Source: a virus (Duplodnaviria; Caudoviricetes). Taken from it: a stretch of 64,000 nt of DNA. Below are positions 26,851 through 35,727 of this stretch, piece by piece. The stretch spans positions 1,378-65,377 of the IMG/VR virus record IMGVR_UViG_3300005528_000063; one strand, 5' to 3'. The translations under genes were made by a program, and so were the position numbers. The stretch's first letter is position 1, and each line of letters begins with the position of its first letter. Below the pieces are notes generated by a model. It was not told the origin of the DNA and made no database searches. It was given only the letters and a program-made list of their open reading frames with translations.

Positions 26851-27774
26851 TTGGTGTACTACGCAGCTCAAGACATCGTCGAGTACCTCATGAACTCCGT
26901 AGGCGGAGGCTCGCAGGACAGCGAGCATCGCCTGCTGCGTTCGGCGGCGCACCATGCGTACCGCGACTTGATGCACTGCCGTGAGTGGCACTGGCTCTCG
27001 TCGGAGGCTCCGCTTCCGGCGGCCGTCTCCGGCACCAACGGCAAGGAGTACGTACTTCCTGCGAACGTGAAGACTGTGGACGGGCTCATCACGCCCGACC
27101 GCACGACGGCCGTGTCGTACATCACGCCGCGAGAATGGCGCATCCTCGAGTCCGAGAGCCTCGCCCCTGGCTCCGCCGTCTACTGGACTGTCGTACCGGA
27201 CCCAACCAAGCCCGACAGGTGGAGGCTCAAGATCGCCGGCAATCCAACTCCGATTGAGAGCGGCAAGACGTACTACATCACCTTCCGGCGCAAGCCGCTG
27301 CCCCTGAAGTACATGGGGTTCGAGGAAATCTGTCGCAACGGAACTCTGGACGCCACTTCAGCGCCTGGCGCCGTCAAGCGGTATGGCACAGCTACGCATC
27401 ATCCTGAGGGGCCGTCTGGAATCTACCCGTACACGGCCGAAGAGGTGCTCGGCGTAGCCGGAAGCTTGATCGGCACGCCGCCGGCTGGCGCACGCACCGT
27501 CGTCAGCGATCGACTCGACGTCTCGGAGAGCATGTTCACGGCACTGCTTTCTGGGGCGGAGGTGTGGCTGGCAAAGATGCTCGGCAAGAACGTGGAGGGC
27601 GCATTGGCGGTCTACAATCGCGACCTGCGCATGGCATTCGAGGCCGACTCCCCCGCCCCGATCGCCGGCCGCCGAGAAGGCATTGGGCGTTATCCGGAGG
27701 TGGATGCTGTCTCGTGGGGAACGCCGCGAGCAATGGGGTACTACTCGCCCAGCCAGCCCGACACGGGGGTCTAA
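26851..27774 (+). CDS. Putative head-tail adaptor / tail tubular protein A-like
   Basis: Position plus AYRDL...EWHWL...EYVLPA pattern. Confidence 0.55.
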   Translation: MVYYAAQDIVEYLMNSVGGGSQDSEHRLLRSAAHHAYRDLMHCREWHWLSSEAPLPAAVSGTNGKEYVLPANVKTVDGLITPDRTTAVSYITPREWRILESESLAPGSAVYWTVVPDPTKPDRWRLKIAGNPTPIESGKTYYITFRRKPLPLKYMGFEEICRNGTLDATSAPGAVKRYGTATHHPEGPSGIYPYTAEEVLGVAGSLIGTPPAGARTVVSDRLDVSESMFTALLSGAEVWLAKMLGKNVEGALAVYNRDLRMAFEADSPAPIAGRREGIGRYPEVDAVSWGTPRAMGYYSPSQPDTGV

Positions 27775-27777
27775 GCG

Positions 27778-28347
27778 ATGCGCGCAGACTCGTGGGCTGG
27801 GCTTGTCACCAACGCAAGTCCGTTTGCACTGCCTCCCGGCGCTGCTGTCGAGCAGGTCAACCTGAACTGCTCCATTCCGGGACAGCTTCAGTCTCGCGGA
27901 GGCATGCGGCCGCTTGCTGTCTCGCCAGAGGACAGGTCGTCCATCGTCCACTGCCACGCCGTGCAGCTTCCTTCAGGAACAGCTGTCATAGCGCAGCGGG
28001 TAGACGGAACGGTGATTGTGCTCGGTGGCATTGCGCCGGCCGCAGCTCCTTCCGTCGGATTTGAGCCGCAGCTGTCCGTCGCGTCAGGGCAGATTGCCAC
28101 CTCGTACACGCACCGCTACGCCGACGGGAGGTACGGAGCCGCCCAAGACGCGCCAGAGCCGCAGCCCCGAAACCCGCTTGTCGAGGCGCTGGATGGCGGC
28201 GAGTCCGACACTGCTGAGTGGCCGTTCGTCGTCGATTCGGTTGCCGGGTGCCCGGTCAGCGGCAAGCTGTCTGTTGTTGATGGCGGTGTGGCTCGTGACG
28301 ACGAGCTGCCACCCGACGTTCGCGAGTCGGAGCTGTGCGAAACATGA
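27778..28347 (+). CDS. Putative N-terminal part of the tail nozzle (tubular B / stabilisation) protein
   Basis: WAGLVTNASPFALPPGAA..QVNL...GQLQSRGG is typical of nozzle N-termini. Confidence 0.5.
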   Translation: MRADSWAGLVTNASPFALPPGAAVEQVNLNCSIPGQLQSRGGMRPLAVSPEDRSSIVHCHAVQLPSGTAVIAQRVDGTVIVLGGIAPAAAPSVGFEPQLSVASGQIATSYTHRYADGRYGAAQDAPEPQPRNPLVEALDGGESDTAEWPFVVDSVAGCPVSGKLSVVDGGVARDDELPPDVRESELCET

Positions 28348-31343
28348 GCGTAGGTTCCTTCTCTCCGGATCGGCCCATCTCGTGCGCTCAGGGGCGCTAC
28401 GGAGAAGTCATTGTCGTTCAGGGCGGAGGCAAGAAGCCGATCCGCATTGACGGCACGACGTCCAGGCTGGCGGGGCTTATCGCTCCGGAGGCAGCCCCTG
28501 AGATTTCCACCATCTCGCCGGTGGCGTACTACATCGCCCGCGTGGACGTGACGCGGCCTGGAGCCGTGTACTACTCAGCCCCCACCGTGACGTTCGAGCA
28601 GGCGTCCAGCGGGTTCAACGACCTAGTTCTCTTGCCGCCAGGAGCAACGCCTCCCGAGTTTCGCGCCGCAAAGGCGGCCGCGTACCTCAACCAGTCTGGC
28701 GTTTCCGAGATCGTCGTCAGCGATGGCGGCAAGGGATACGCCGCTCCGCCCAACGGGGTGCTCGGTGACTCGCACGGCAAGGGGGCCGTCCTAACTCCGA
28801 TCACGACCGGGCCGTCCGTCACCGACCCAGCCAACAACCCATACACCGGCATCACGCAGTGGGAGGTCGTGTCGCAGCCAGCTGACACGAGCAGCGCCGC
28901 AGCGTGCGGTGGCGGAAACGAGCCGCGATTTGCAGCCACGAACTGCGTTGGCGTCGACTTGCCGATCACGGGCGACGGCACGTTCACTGTGCATTCCACG
29001 TACGGGTACGTGAGGACGCGGATAGGAAACGGGGCTGTGTGCTGCGGGTTTTGCCCGCCCCCTCGCGAGCCGGACTACACGCGGACCATCACGTATCGTG
29101 TTACTGGGGCGTCCGGCGGGGCTGGTGCTGTACTGCGACTCGTGTGGAATGGGTCGACGTGGGTGCAGTCGTGTAGTGGCGGCGGCGAGACGCCCCCCTG
29201 GAGTCGCTGGGAGGGAGCCACTCAGGTCGAGGCCGCAAGCCCTCACAAGATCGGGGCCGGATACTCCGACGCACGCACAGTGCGCGTCGAGATCGACTCC
29301 ATTGCTGGCGAGCAGGCCACCATCGTCATTGAAGGGTACACGGCCGGCAATCCAGCAAACACCGAGTCTCGAGGCTACAGCCTCACCGGCATCCGCATCG
29401 ACAATGCCGGCTCTGGCTATGTCGTCGCGCCGCAAATCAAGATCACGAGCGCATCCGGCTTCGGAGCATACGCCACGTGCCGCGTTGCCGGCGGCCGCAT
29501 CGTGGAGGTCACGCTAGAGAACGGAGGCGGTGGATACAAGACGCCCCCCAAGATCGAGGCAGTTGCCGGCGGTGCGGAGGCGTTCGCTGTTGCGCGACCG
29601 CACCTGCGCGGAAAGTATCAGTGCTACTACAGATACATCGACGACACGCCGGAATCCGCTGGCGGGCCTATTCCAAGCAGCCTTTCGCCAGTGCGTGAGG
29701 TGGATGCCGGCGAAGGAGTCGCTGGACTAGCATGGACCGTGCCGTCATTGACGCCCGGCGGACGAGCGACATCCGTCGAGCTGTGGCGAACGACCGGCAA
29801 TCAAGCCACGACGCTCTACCGAGTGGCGACTCTCGCCGGCGGCCTGCACAGCGACACGTTGACAGACGATGAGCTGCGCGACCCGGATAGGGCTGGCTAT
29901 GCCGCCATGCCCATCGTGCTGCCGAACGGCGGCATCAACGCCAACCGATTCACGCCGCCTCCCAGCGACAAGGCTGTGGTCGTGCGGTTTCAGGACCGCT
30001 TTTGGTACGGCGTGGACACGGGAGGAAAGCAGCCAAACACCGTCCTGTTTTCTGGCGTCGACGAGCCGGAGAGCGTGCCGGACATCAACGAGATCATCCT
30101 GCAACAAAACACAGTCGATGCGGATGCCATCTCGGCGCTCATTCCCTTTGGCCCCACCCTGCTTATCATGCAGGCCCGCCACGCCTATTCACTGTCGTTC
30201 TCGAAGCAGCCGGTGCTGGACGCTCAGGTGGTGCCAATCGCCCACAGAGGCGCCCTGAACCAGCGCTGCTGGGGCATCCACGACGGCGTGTGCTACGTGC
30301 TCGACCAGTACGGCATCTACGCCATCTCGCCGGGAGGCCGCGTCGAAGGGCTGTCGGAAGCAATCGAGGATATGTTCCGCAGCCGCATCGACTTTGGCAA
30401 GCGGACGTGGCCGTTCCTGACAATCGACCCAACGACCAATACGCTGCGGGCGTTTGTCGCATTGCGTGGCGATGGCTCGGACGGGTTCCCGACGGCGGCG
30501 CTCTGCTATTCGCTGGCGTCGAAGGCGTGGTGGATCGAGACTTACCCTTCCCGCATCCAGTGCGCAACGCAAGCGCTCCTGACGACTGGAGACTACAGGT
30601 GCGTCTTCGGCACGCCTGGAGGACTGTACACGCTCGACGACGGCCACCTTGACATGGCTCGCGGAGCCGTCGTGTCCGTCAAGATTACGAATCCCGGCTC
30701 TGGCTACACGTCGCCCCCAACCGTGACGGCACGAGGCGGGTCGTGCGCCAAATTCCAGGCCGTGTTGGATGGCGACGGGAAGATAAGGGCCATCTGGATT
30801 CTGTCTCCGGGATACGGATACGCAAGCGGCTCTCTCGTCGTCTCCGATCCGGAGTCTGATGGTGGCGTCACCGCTGTGGCGGAATACACGGCCACGACGA
30901 ACTCCGCAGACACCCCGCTGCATCCGACCTACCGCTACAAGACGGGCTGCGCCGAGTACCCGTCTGACGCGCAGAACCCGAAGGCAGCGTCCGTGTCGTC
31001 GCGGAACATCAGCCTGCTTTACGCCCCGCAACGTCGGTCGTGCCCACTGTCGATGCGGCTCTACTACAACAACTCGCCCGCTCCGCGCCGGAACGTCGCA
31101 GCCCGAAACAGAGGCGTCGGCTTCACGGCCGATGTTGTGGATAGCGCAGCCCGCCTCGACATGGCGGCCAATACGCTCAAGCACGGCGAGGACACCGGCG
31201 TGGCGAGTGCCATGTTCGCCGGCCGCACTATCGACGACGTGGCCTCTGCCGACCGATACGTCGCCGTCGAGCTGGTTGGGGCACGCCGGAACACAGACCC
31301 GGTTGTGTTCTACAAACTTGACGTCATGGGGACCGCCGAATGA
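28344..31343 (+). CDS. Tail nozzle / tubular B-like protein with GxGY...P repeat inserts
   Basis: 999 aa; repeated (N)xGSGYxxPP units; FQDRFWYG...LFS..DEPES propeller-like region. Confidence 0.65.
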   Translation: MSVGSFSPDRPISCAQGRYGEVIVVQGGGKKPIRIDGTTSRLAGLIAPEAAPEISTISPVAYYIARVDVTRPGAVYYSAPTVTFEQASSGFNDLVLLPPGATPPEFRAAKAAAYLNQSGVSEIVVSDGGKGYAAPPNGVLGDSHGKGAVLTPITTGPSVTDPANNPYTGITQWEVVSQPADTSSAAACGGGNEPRFAATNCVGVDLPITGDGTFTVHSTYGYVRTRIGNGAVCCGFCPPPREPDYTRTITYRVTGASGGAGAVLRLVWNGSTWVQSCSGGGETPPWSRWEGATQVEAASPHKIGAGYSDARTVRVEIDSIAGEQATIVIEGYTAGNPANTESRGYSLTGIRIDNAGSGYVVAPQIKITSASGFGAYATCRVAGGRIVEVTLENGGGGYKTPPKIEAVAGGAEAFAVARPHLRGKYQCYYRYIDDTPESAGGPIPSSLSPVREVDAGEGVAGLAWTVPSLTPGGRATSVELWRTTGNQATTLYRVATLAGGLHSDTLTDDELRDPDRAGYAAMPIVLPNGGINANRFTPPPSDKAVVVRFQDRFWYGVDTGGKQPNTVLFSGVDEPESVPDINEIILQQNTVDADAISALIPFGPTLLIMQARHAYSLSFSKQPVLDAQVVPIAHRGALNQRCWGIHDGVCYVLDQYGIYAISPGGRVEGLSEAIEDMFRSRIDFGKRTWPFLTIDPTTNTLRAFVALRGDGSDGFPTAALCYSLASKAWWIETYPSRIQCATQALLTTGDYRCVFGTPGGLYTLDDGHLDMARGAVVSVKITNPGSGYTSPPTVTARGGSCAKFQAVLDGDGKIRAIWILSPGYGYASGSLVVSDPESDGGVTAVAEYTATTNSADTPLHPTYRYKTGCAEYPSDAQNPKAASVSSRNISLLYAPQRRSCPLSMRLYYNNSPAPRRNVAARNRGVGFTADVVDSAARLDMAANTLKHGEDTGVASAMFAGRTIDDVASADRYVAVELVGARRNTDPVVFYKLDVMGTAE

Positions 31344-32164
31344 GCTTCAGCCTACAGGGCAGCCAGATTCGTGCGTCTCTCGTGGGGGCTGGCCTTCCGG
31401 CCGACGCGGCCACCACGATCGCCAACGTGCTCAGCAATGCCGTGCAGACGCTGCGTCACGCCGGCGACGTGGAGGTTGATCGCACGCCAAGCAACCTGCG
31501 GCTCGTCACGCCGGACGACCGCAAGCACTCACTGAAGAATCTCGACTTCCGGGCTGGCGACCCAGACCATCGCCAGACTCAGGCCAATGTGGCCGGCAGC
31601 GAGGGGAGGCGCGAGCCGGAGCCAGAGCCTGCCGTCCTTGTCGAGCGTTCGCCGCAACGCGACCAAGCGCCATTCCGCGTAGCTGGCGGTGCCTACACGG
31701 ACACCAATGCGCAGGGCGACGCAGTGCGAGTGGACTTGCGCCTGCGTGGCAACGGCGACTGCGCCTTCATCGAGCCTCGCGCCAACACGCTGATCGGCAA
31801 AAGCCTTCGAGCAGAGGCAGGCGGTGGCGATGACGGCCGGCTCCGGTTCTTTATCGAGCAGACCGAGCGCGAGGCCATCTGGAAGCTCCAGCTCATCAAC
31901 GTGCAGAAAGTGCGGGTCGTGAGCGACATCCAATACCAGCAGGGGCGCGGCCTTGTCGTGAGCTATCGAGACATCGAGACGTGGTCATACTCGAAGCCGT
32001 CCATCGAGGTGATCCCTGTGGTTAGCCAGCAGGTCATTTCCGGCGTCGTGCTCGGCGAGGACGGCATTGCCATCTCCAGCGCAGTAGTGGACGTGCTAGG
32101 GGCTGTCGCCGGGCCGGCCGGTCTAATCGAGACGGACGACTGCCCTGAGGAGCCACCAGCGTGA
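31340..32164 (+). CDS. Hypothetical tail-region protein
   Basis: ATGA coupling. Confidence 0.7.
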   Translation: MSFSLQGSQIRASLVGAGLPADAATTIANVLSNAVQTLRHAGDVEVDRTPSNLRLVTPDDRKHSLKNLDFRAGDPDHRQTQANVAGSEGRREPEPEPAVLVERSPQRDQAPFRVAGGAYTDTNAQGDAVRVDLRLRGNGDCAFIEPRANTLIGKSLRAEAGGGDDGRLRFFIEQTEREAIWKLQLINVQKVRVVSDIQYQQGRGLVVSYRDIETWSYSKPSIEVIPVVSQQVISGVVLGEDGIAISSAVVDVLGAVAGPAGLIETDDCPEEPPA

Positions 32165-33165
32165 AGCTGGCAACGATAGGCGGAAAGCTGCTTAGGACGG
32201 CTGCGGGAGCGCTTGCAACCGCCTGCCGGTGCTGCGTACCGCCGCCGCCGCCGAAGTATTGGTGCTTCCCGGCCGGCCTTGATCCGTGCGGCAACCCGCT
32301 CTACGAGTGCCGCCAAGACGAGACAGGCGAAGGCGCGCATTCAGGGCCGTTCGAGTCATGCGAGGGGGCGTGCCCGCCTCCGCAGCCGTGCGAGTTTCCG
32401 TACTGGTGCTTCACGAACGGAACCGATCCGTGTGGGAATCCAACCTACGAGTGCCGCCAAGACGAGACAGGCGAAGGCGCGCACTCTGGCCCATTCGAGT
32501 CGTGCGAAGGAGCGTGCCCAACACCTCCGCCATGCCAGTATTACTGCTGCTACGACTCGGAGCCGAGCCTCGACCCGAACGCTCCGCTGCCAAGCAAGTC
32601 CTGCCAGCAAGGCCCGTGCTCGTCGCCGTCGCTGACGGCGGGAGGCCCATTCGCAACGGCGGCAGCGTGCGAGGAGCAGTGCGTGCCGCCGCCATGCTCA
32701 GGCCCGTGCCCCTGCCCGCCTGGGTGCGAGTGCGTGACAGAGTGGTATCTACACCAGGCAACTTGCGAATACATCGCGCTTCCGCCTTTTGACCCGCCGG
32801 AATGCAACGACCTCATCGGCAACGGCATAAACCTTGCGATTTCTGGACTCTACAATGTCGGCGGGGAAGTTGGGCCGTTTGAAACCTACGAGGAGGCAAG
32901 AAGCGCGGCGTTGGCAACTGGGTATGTGTCGTGGGAATCTCTTTACGGCGGCGAGAATCCAGATTCAACCGACGCCCCTTGGGTGGCCCCCGATGACGAG
33001 CCCGGCCTGTGCGTGCCGCCCCAGCACGGGCTAAGTATGAGCAACGATGGACGCCCGCAATTCCAAGGCTGCACTTGGGTTGGCGAACTATCCATGACCC
33101 TGCCGCCCCCGCTTATATGGGCCTTTACCAAGTCTCGGTGCGACAGCAGCAACCCGCTCCCATGA
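32161..33165 (+). CDS. Cys/Pro-rich protein with an internal 48-aa tandem repeat
   Basis: Two copies of YWCF..G.DPCGNP.YECRQDETGEGAHSGPFESCEGACP. Confidence 0.7.
   Translation: MKLATIGGKLLRTAAGALATACRCCVPPPPPKYWCFPAGLDPCGNPLYECRQDETGEGAHSGPFESCEGACPPPQPCEFPYWCFTNGTDPCGNPTYECRQDETGEGAHSGPFESCEGACPTPPPCQYYCCYDSEPSLDPNAPLPSKSCQQGPCSSPSLTAGGPFATAAACEEQCVPPPCSGPCPCPPGCECVTEWYLHQATCEYIALPPFDPPECNDLIGNGINLAISGLYNVGGEVGPFETYEEARSAALATGYVSWESLYGGENPDSTDAPWVAPDDEPGLCVPPQHGLSMSNDGRPQFQGCTWVGELSMTLPPPLIWAFTKSRCDSSNPLP
32257..32540 (+). repeat. 144-bp tandem direct repeat, 2 copies
   Basis: Units start at 32257 and 32401 and share tacgagtgccgccaagacgagacaggcgaaggcgcgca. Confidence 0.9.
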
Positions 33166-33641
33166 TCTCCTGCGAACTCAAACACCTTGCCGCCCGCTGC
33201 CGCCAACGCGGCTACACGCTAGACGAAGTGCGGCCGTGCATCGTCAGCGAAGACGGCGATCAGATCACCGTAGACGTTGACCATCCGGCGTACCCGCGTG
33301 CGCCGAAGCCGGGATTCGTGCCATCGCAGCCGAAGCCCCTCGAACCCGCCCCCGACCTCACCCGCACCGACGCCCCTTCGTTCCTGACGAAGGTGAAGAA
33401 CTTCGCCGTCGCCACAGCTGGGCATGTTGCCGCAGGGATGCCGATGGCGAGTGACGAGGAAATCCTGCGTCGGCACGACATCTGCCGGGCCTGCGAGTTC
33501 CTGAAAGACAACGCCTGCACCAAATGCGGCTGCCCAATCGTCAGGGAGCGGCAGTACGTCTCCAAGCTCTCGTGGGCCGACCAAGAGTGCCCCATTGGAA
33601 AATGGGGGAAAGCGACCCCTTCTGGGCCGAGCAGGCCGTAA
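33162..33641 (+). CDS. Cys-rich small protein (DUF6171-like C-terminus)
   Basis: RHDICRACE...CTKCGC...K...ECPIGKW. Confidence 0.7.
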   Translation: MISCELKHLAARCRQRGYTLDEVRPCIVSEDGDQITVDVDHPAYPRAPKPGFVPSQPKPLEPAPDLTRTDAPSFLTKVKNFAVATAGHVAAGMPMASDEEILRRHDICRACEFLKDNACTKCGCPIVRERQYVSKLSWADQECPIGKWGKATPSGPSRP

Positions 33642-33692
33642 ATCGCCGGTCGGGAGCCCCCTCGCGGACATAAATCCAGCGAGAGGGCACCG

Positions 33693-34235
33693 ATGATCTT
33701 TCCGTCGCATATCACCAGCTACAAGGCTCCCGGCTCCAGCTCCAGCGGCAGCGAGAGCTACAGCCTGGACTACAGCGGACTCGACGAAATCCGCAAGCGC
33801 CAGAACGAGGCGTCTGCAACGAACGCAGGCCGGTACAAGGCGCTCTACGACGGCAATCCTGGCGATGCCATCGCGGCGGGGCAGCGCATCCGCGACCTGC
33901 TTGGCTCGCTCAACAGCATCGAGCCGGTGCGCATGTCGAGCTACAGCTCGAACTCCTCGTCGAACGCTGACGGCCCGGTGATTGGCGGAGAGCACGCCGA
34001 CCTCAAGTACCTCGAGGCTGCGACCAAGATGCAGCCGGCTGGTGGCAACGCCGGAGGCGGAGGCATGCCAGTGGCCCGGCCGATCGCCGGCGGTGCTCCG
34101 CAGAACCCAAATGCGGTGAAGCCAGACGTGCAGCTCCCGTCCGCTCCGGCTGCACGCAAGCAATCCAAAGACGGCAAGCGTCCGGGCGCCCACGTGATTA
34201 CCGGCGACCCGATGCGGGCTGATTACTTCGCGTAG
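33693..34235 (+). CDS. Hypothetical protein, candidate internal virion protein
   Basis: First gene of the ejection-type cluster. Confidence 0.65.
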   Translation: MIFPSHITSYKAPGSSSSGSESYSLDYSGLDEIRKRQNEASATNAGRYKALYDGNPGDAIAAGQRIRDLLGSLNSIEPVRMSSYSSNSSSNADGPVIGGEHADLKYLEAATKMQPAGGNAGGGGMPVARPIAGGAPQNPNAVKPDVQLPSAPAARKQSKDGKRPGAHVITGDPMRADYFA

Positions 34236-34245
34236 GAGATGAGAG

Positions 34246-34488
34246 ATGAAGCAGTTTGGCTACACGCCGTATGGCAACGTCGCCCGAATGTTGCAGTCCA
34301 ACAATCCGGACCTTATCGCGCAGGGCGAGAACATCGCTGGCGCCTACGGGCGTGACCTGCAGCGCGAGAACAACGAGATGGGGCTGCTCCAGCAAGAGCA
34401 GAAGCGCCGTCAGTACGACTCCGAAACTCAGCGCCAGAAGCTTGGCATTCTCGGCGGTCTTCTTGGTGCCCCCAGAAGGATCGGCTGA
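34246..34488 (+). CDS. Hypothetical protein
   Basis: AGGAG RBS; Gln-rich. Confidence 0.65.
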   Translation: MKQFGYTPYGNVARMLQSNNPDLIAQGENIAGAYGRDLQRENNEMGLLQQEQKRRQYDSETQRQKLGILGGLLGAPRRIG

Positions 34489-34862
34489 TGTACCAGCAGG
34501 CAGTCGGTTTCAATCCGAGCGGTCGCCTTCTCTCCGGCCTGAGCCGGAAGGGAGATGCAGGGGCGTTTGGGTACGGCCAAGCAATGTCGGCGGCGGCCAA
34601 CCTGAACCTCGACAAGGAGAAGCAGAATCAAGAGATGGGCGTGCAGCAGATGCAGGCCGACAGCCAGTTCCGCCAGCGGGACGCCCAGAACAAGGCCAGC
34701 CGGCTCCAGAGCGACGCCCAGATTCGCACCCGGCAGGGCGACATGCAGTCGCGGAAGAACGTGTTCGACACGTCGATGGCCTTTGACTATGCCGCCCTCA
34801 ACAAGCGCCGGCAGACGTCGCTGCAACAGGCGCTTCTGAACAACATGGCGAGGGACTTCTAG
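34488..34862 (+). CDS. Gln/Ala-rich helical protein, candidate ejection protein
   Basis: TGATG coupling; composition. Confidence 0.65.
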   Translation: MYQQAVGFNPSGRLLSGLSRKGDAGAFGYGQAMSAAANLNLDKEKQNQEMGVQQMQADSQFRQRDAQNKASRLQSDAQIRTRQGDMQSRKNVFDTSMAFDYAALNKRRQTSLQQALLNNMARDF

Positions 34863-35398
34863 TGGCTATTGGAGCCGACCTCTCGCTGCCGAAGTCGCAG
34901 CCGTCTCCGCTGCGTGGGCTGACTGCACGGCCGACTCGCCAGCAGTCTTCGCCATCGTACGGCTATCGCCCGCCGATGCTGAACGATGGAAAGGTGCAAG
35001 ACGTCGCGAGCAATCAGCTCGCCTCGTCGGCCGGCGCCGGAAAGATGGCGATGCAGGACATGGATCGCGCGGGCGTATCGAGAGGCAAGGGCCAGCAATA
35101 CCGTGCTGATATGGCGCAGGCAGGCGCTGACGTCCAGGCGCGCATGCAGGCTGCCCAAACGGAGATGGGCGCCTCCGCCGCCAACGCCAACGCACAGATG
35201 GCATACGACACAGCAATGCGAAACGAGCAGCTCAGCAACGCCGGCCTGCTCGACAACCTGCGCAACAGCGACGCAATGGAGCGGCTGGCTCGACAGGGAT
35301 GGCGACAAGACCTGAATGAGGCCCGCCGTCGCGGCCAGTTCGGACTCGACCAGATTCAGTTGGACTACACCCCGCTTCTCGGCGGCTTGTTTCAGTAA
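34862..35398 (+). CDS. Gln/Ala-rich helical protein, candidate ejection protein
   Basis: TAGTG coupling; composition. Confidence 0.65.
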   Translation: MAIGADLSLPKSQPSPLRGLTARPTRQQSSPSYGYRPPMLNDGKVQDVASNQLASSAGAGKMAMQDMDRAGVSRGKGQQYRADMAQAGADVQARMQAAQTEMGASAANANAQMAYDTAMRNEQLSNAGLLDNLRNSDAMERLARQGWRQDLNEARRRGQFGLDQIQLDYTPLLGGLFQ

Positions 35399-35409
35399 GG
35401 AGATTCGCA

Positions 35410-35727
35410 GTGGCAGACAGCAAGGACTCGAACGACCTCGACGAGAAGGTGCTCAGCAGCATGAACGCGCCGGCACTGCGGGAGTACATCCGCAGCTTGC
35501 TGTCTAAGCGCGGCAAGCCATCCGGCGACAAGGAAGCCGAGAAGGCCGACAAGGAGCGCGAGGCGCTGGCCGACCTGCACGAGGAGCACACCGGCAAGGC
35601 GAAGGGCGTGCCCGTCGAGAAGGACGACATCTCGTTCGATCTTGGCGAGGACGACGGAGAAGGCGAGGAGGACTCGCAGGTCAGCGAGGACGCTAGCGAG
35701 CCGGCCAAGAAGAAGCGGGGTGAGTGA
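35410..35727 (+). CDS. Highly charged small protein
   Basis: AAGGAG RBS, GTG start. Confidence 0.7.
   Translation: MADSKDSNDLDEKVLSSMNAPALREYIRSLLSKRGKPSGDKEAEKADKEREALADLHEEHTGKAKGVPVEKDDISFDLGEDDGEGEEDSQVSEDASEPAKKKRGE

Noticed and set aside
32257-32540. Diversity-generating retroelement TR/VR pair
   Set aside because: The copies are tandem, in frame in one gene, differences are not adenine-specific, and no reverse transcriptase is present.
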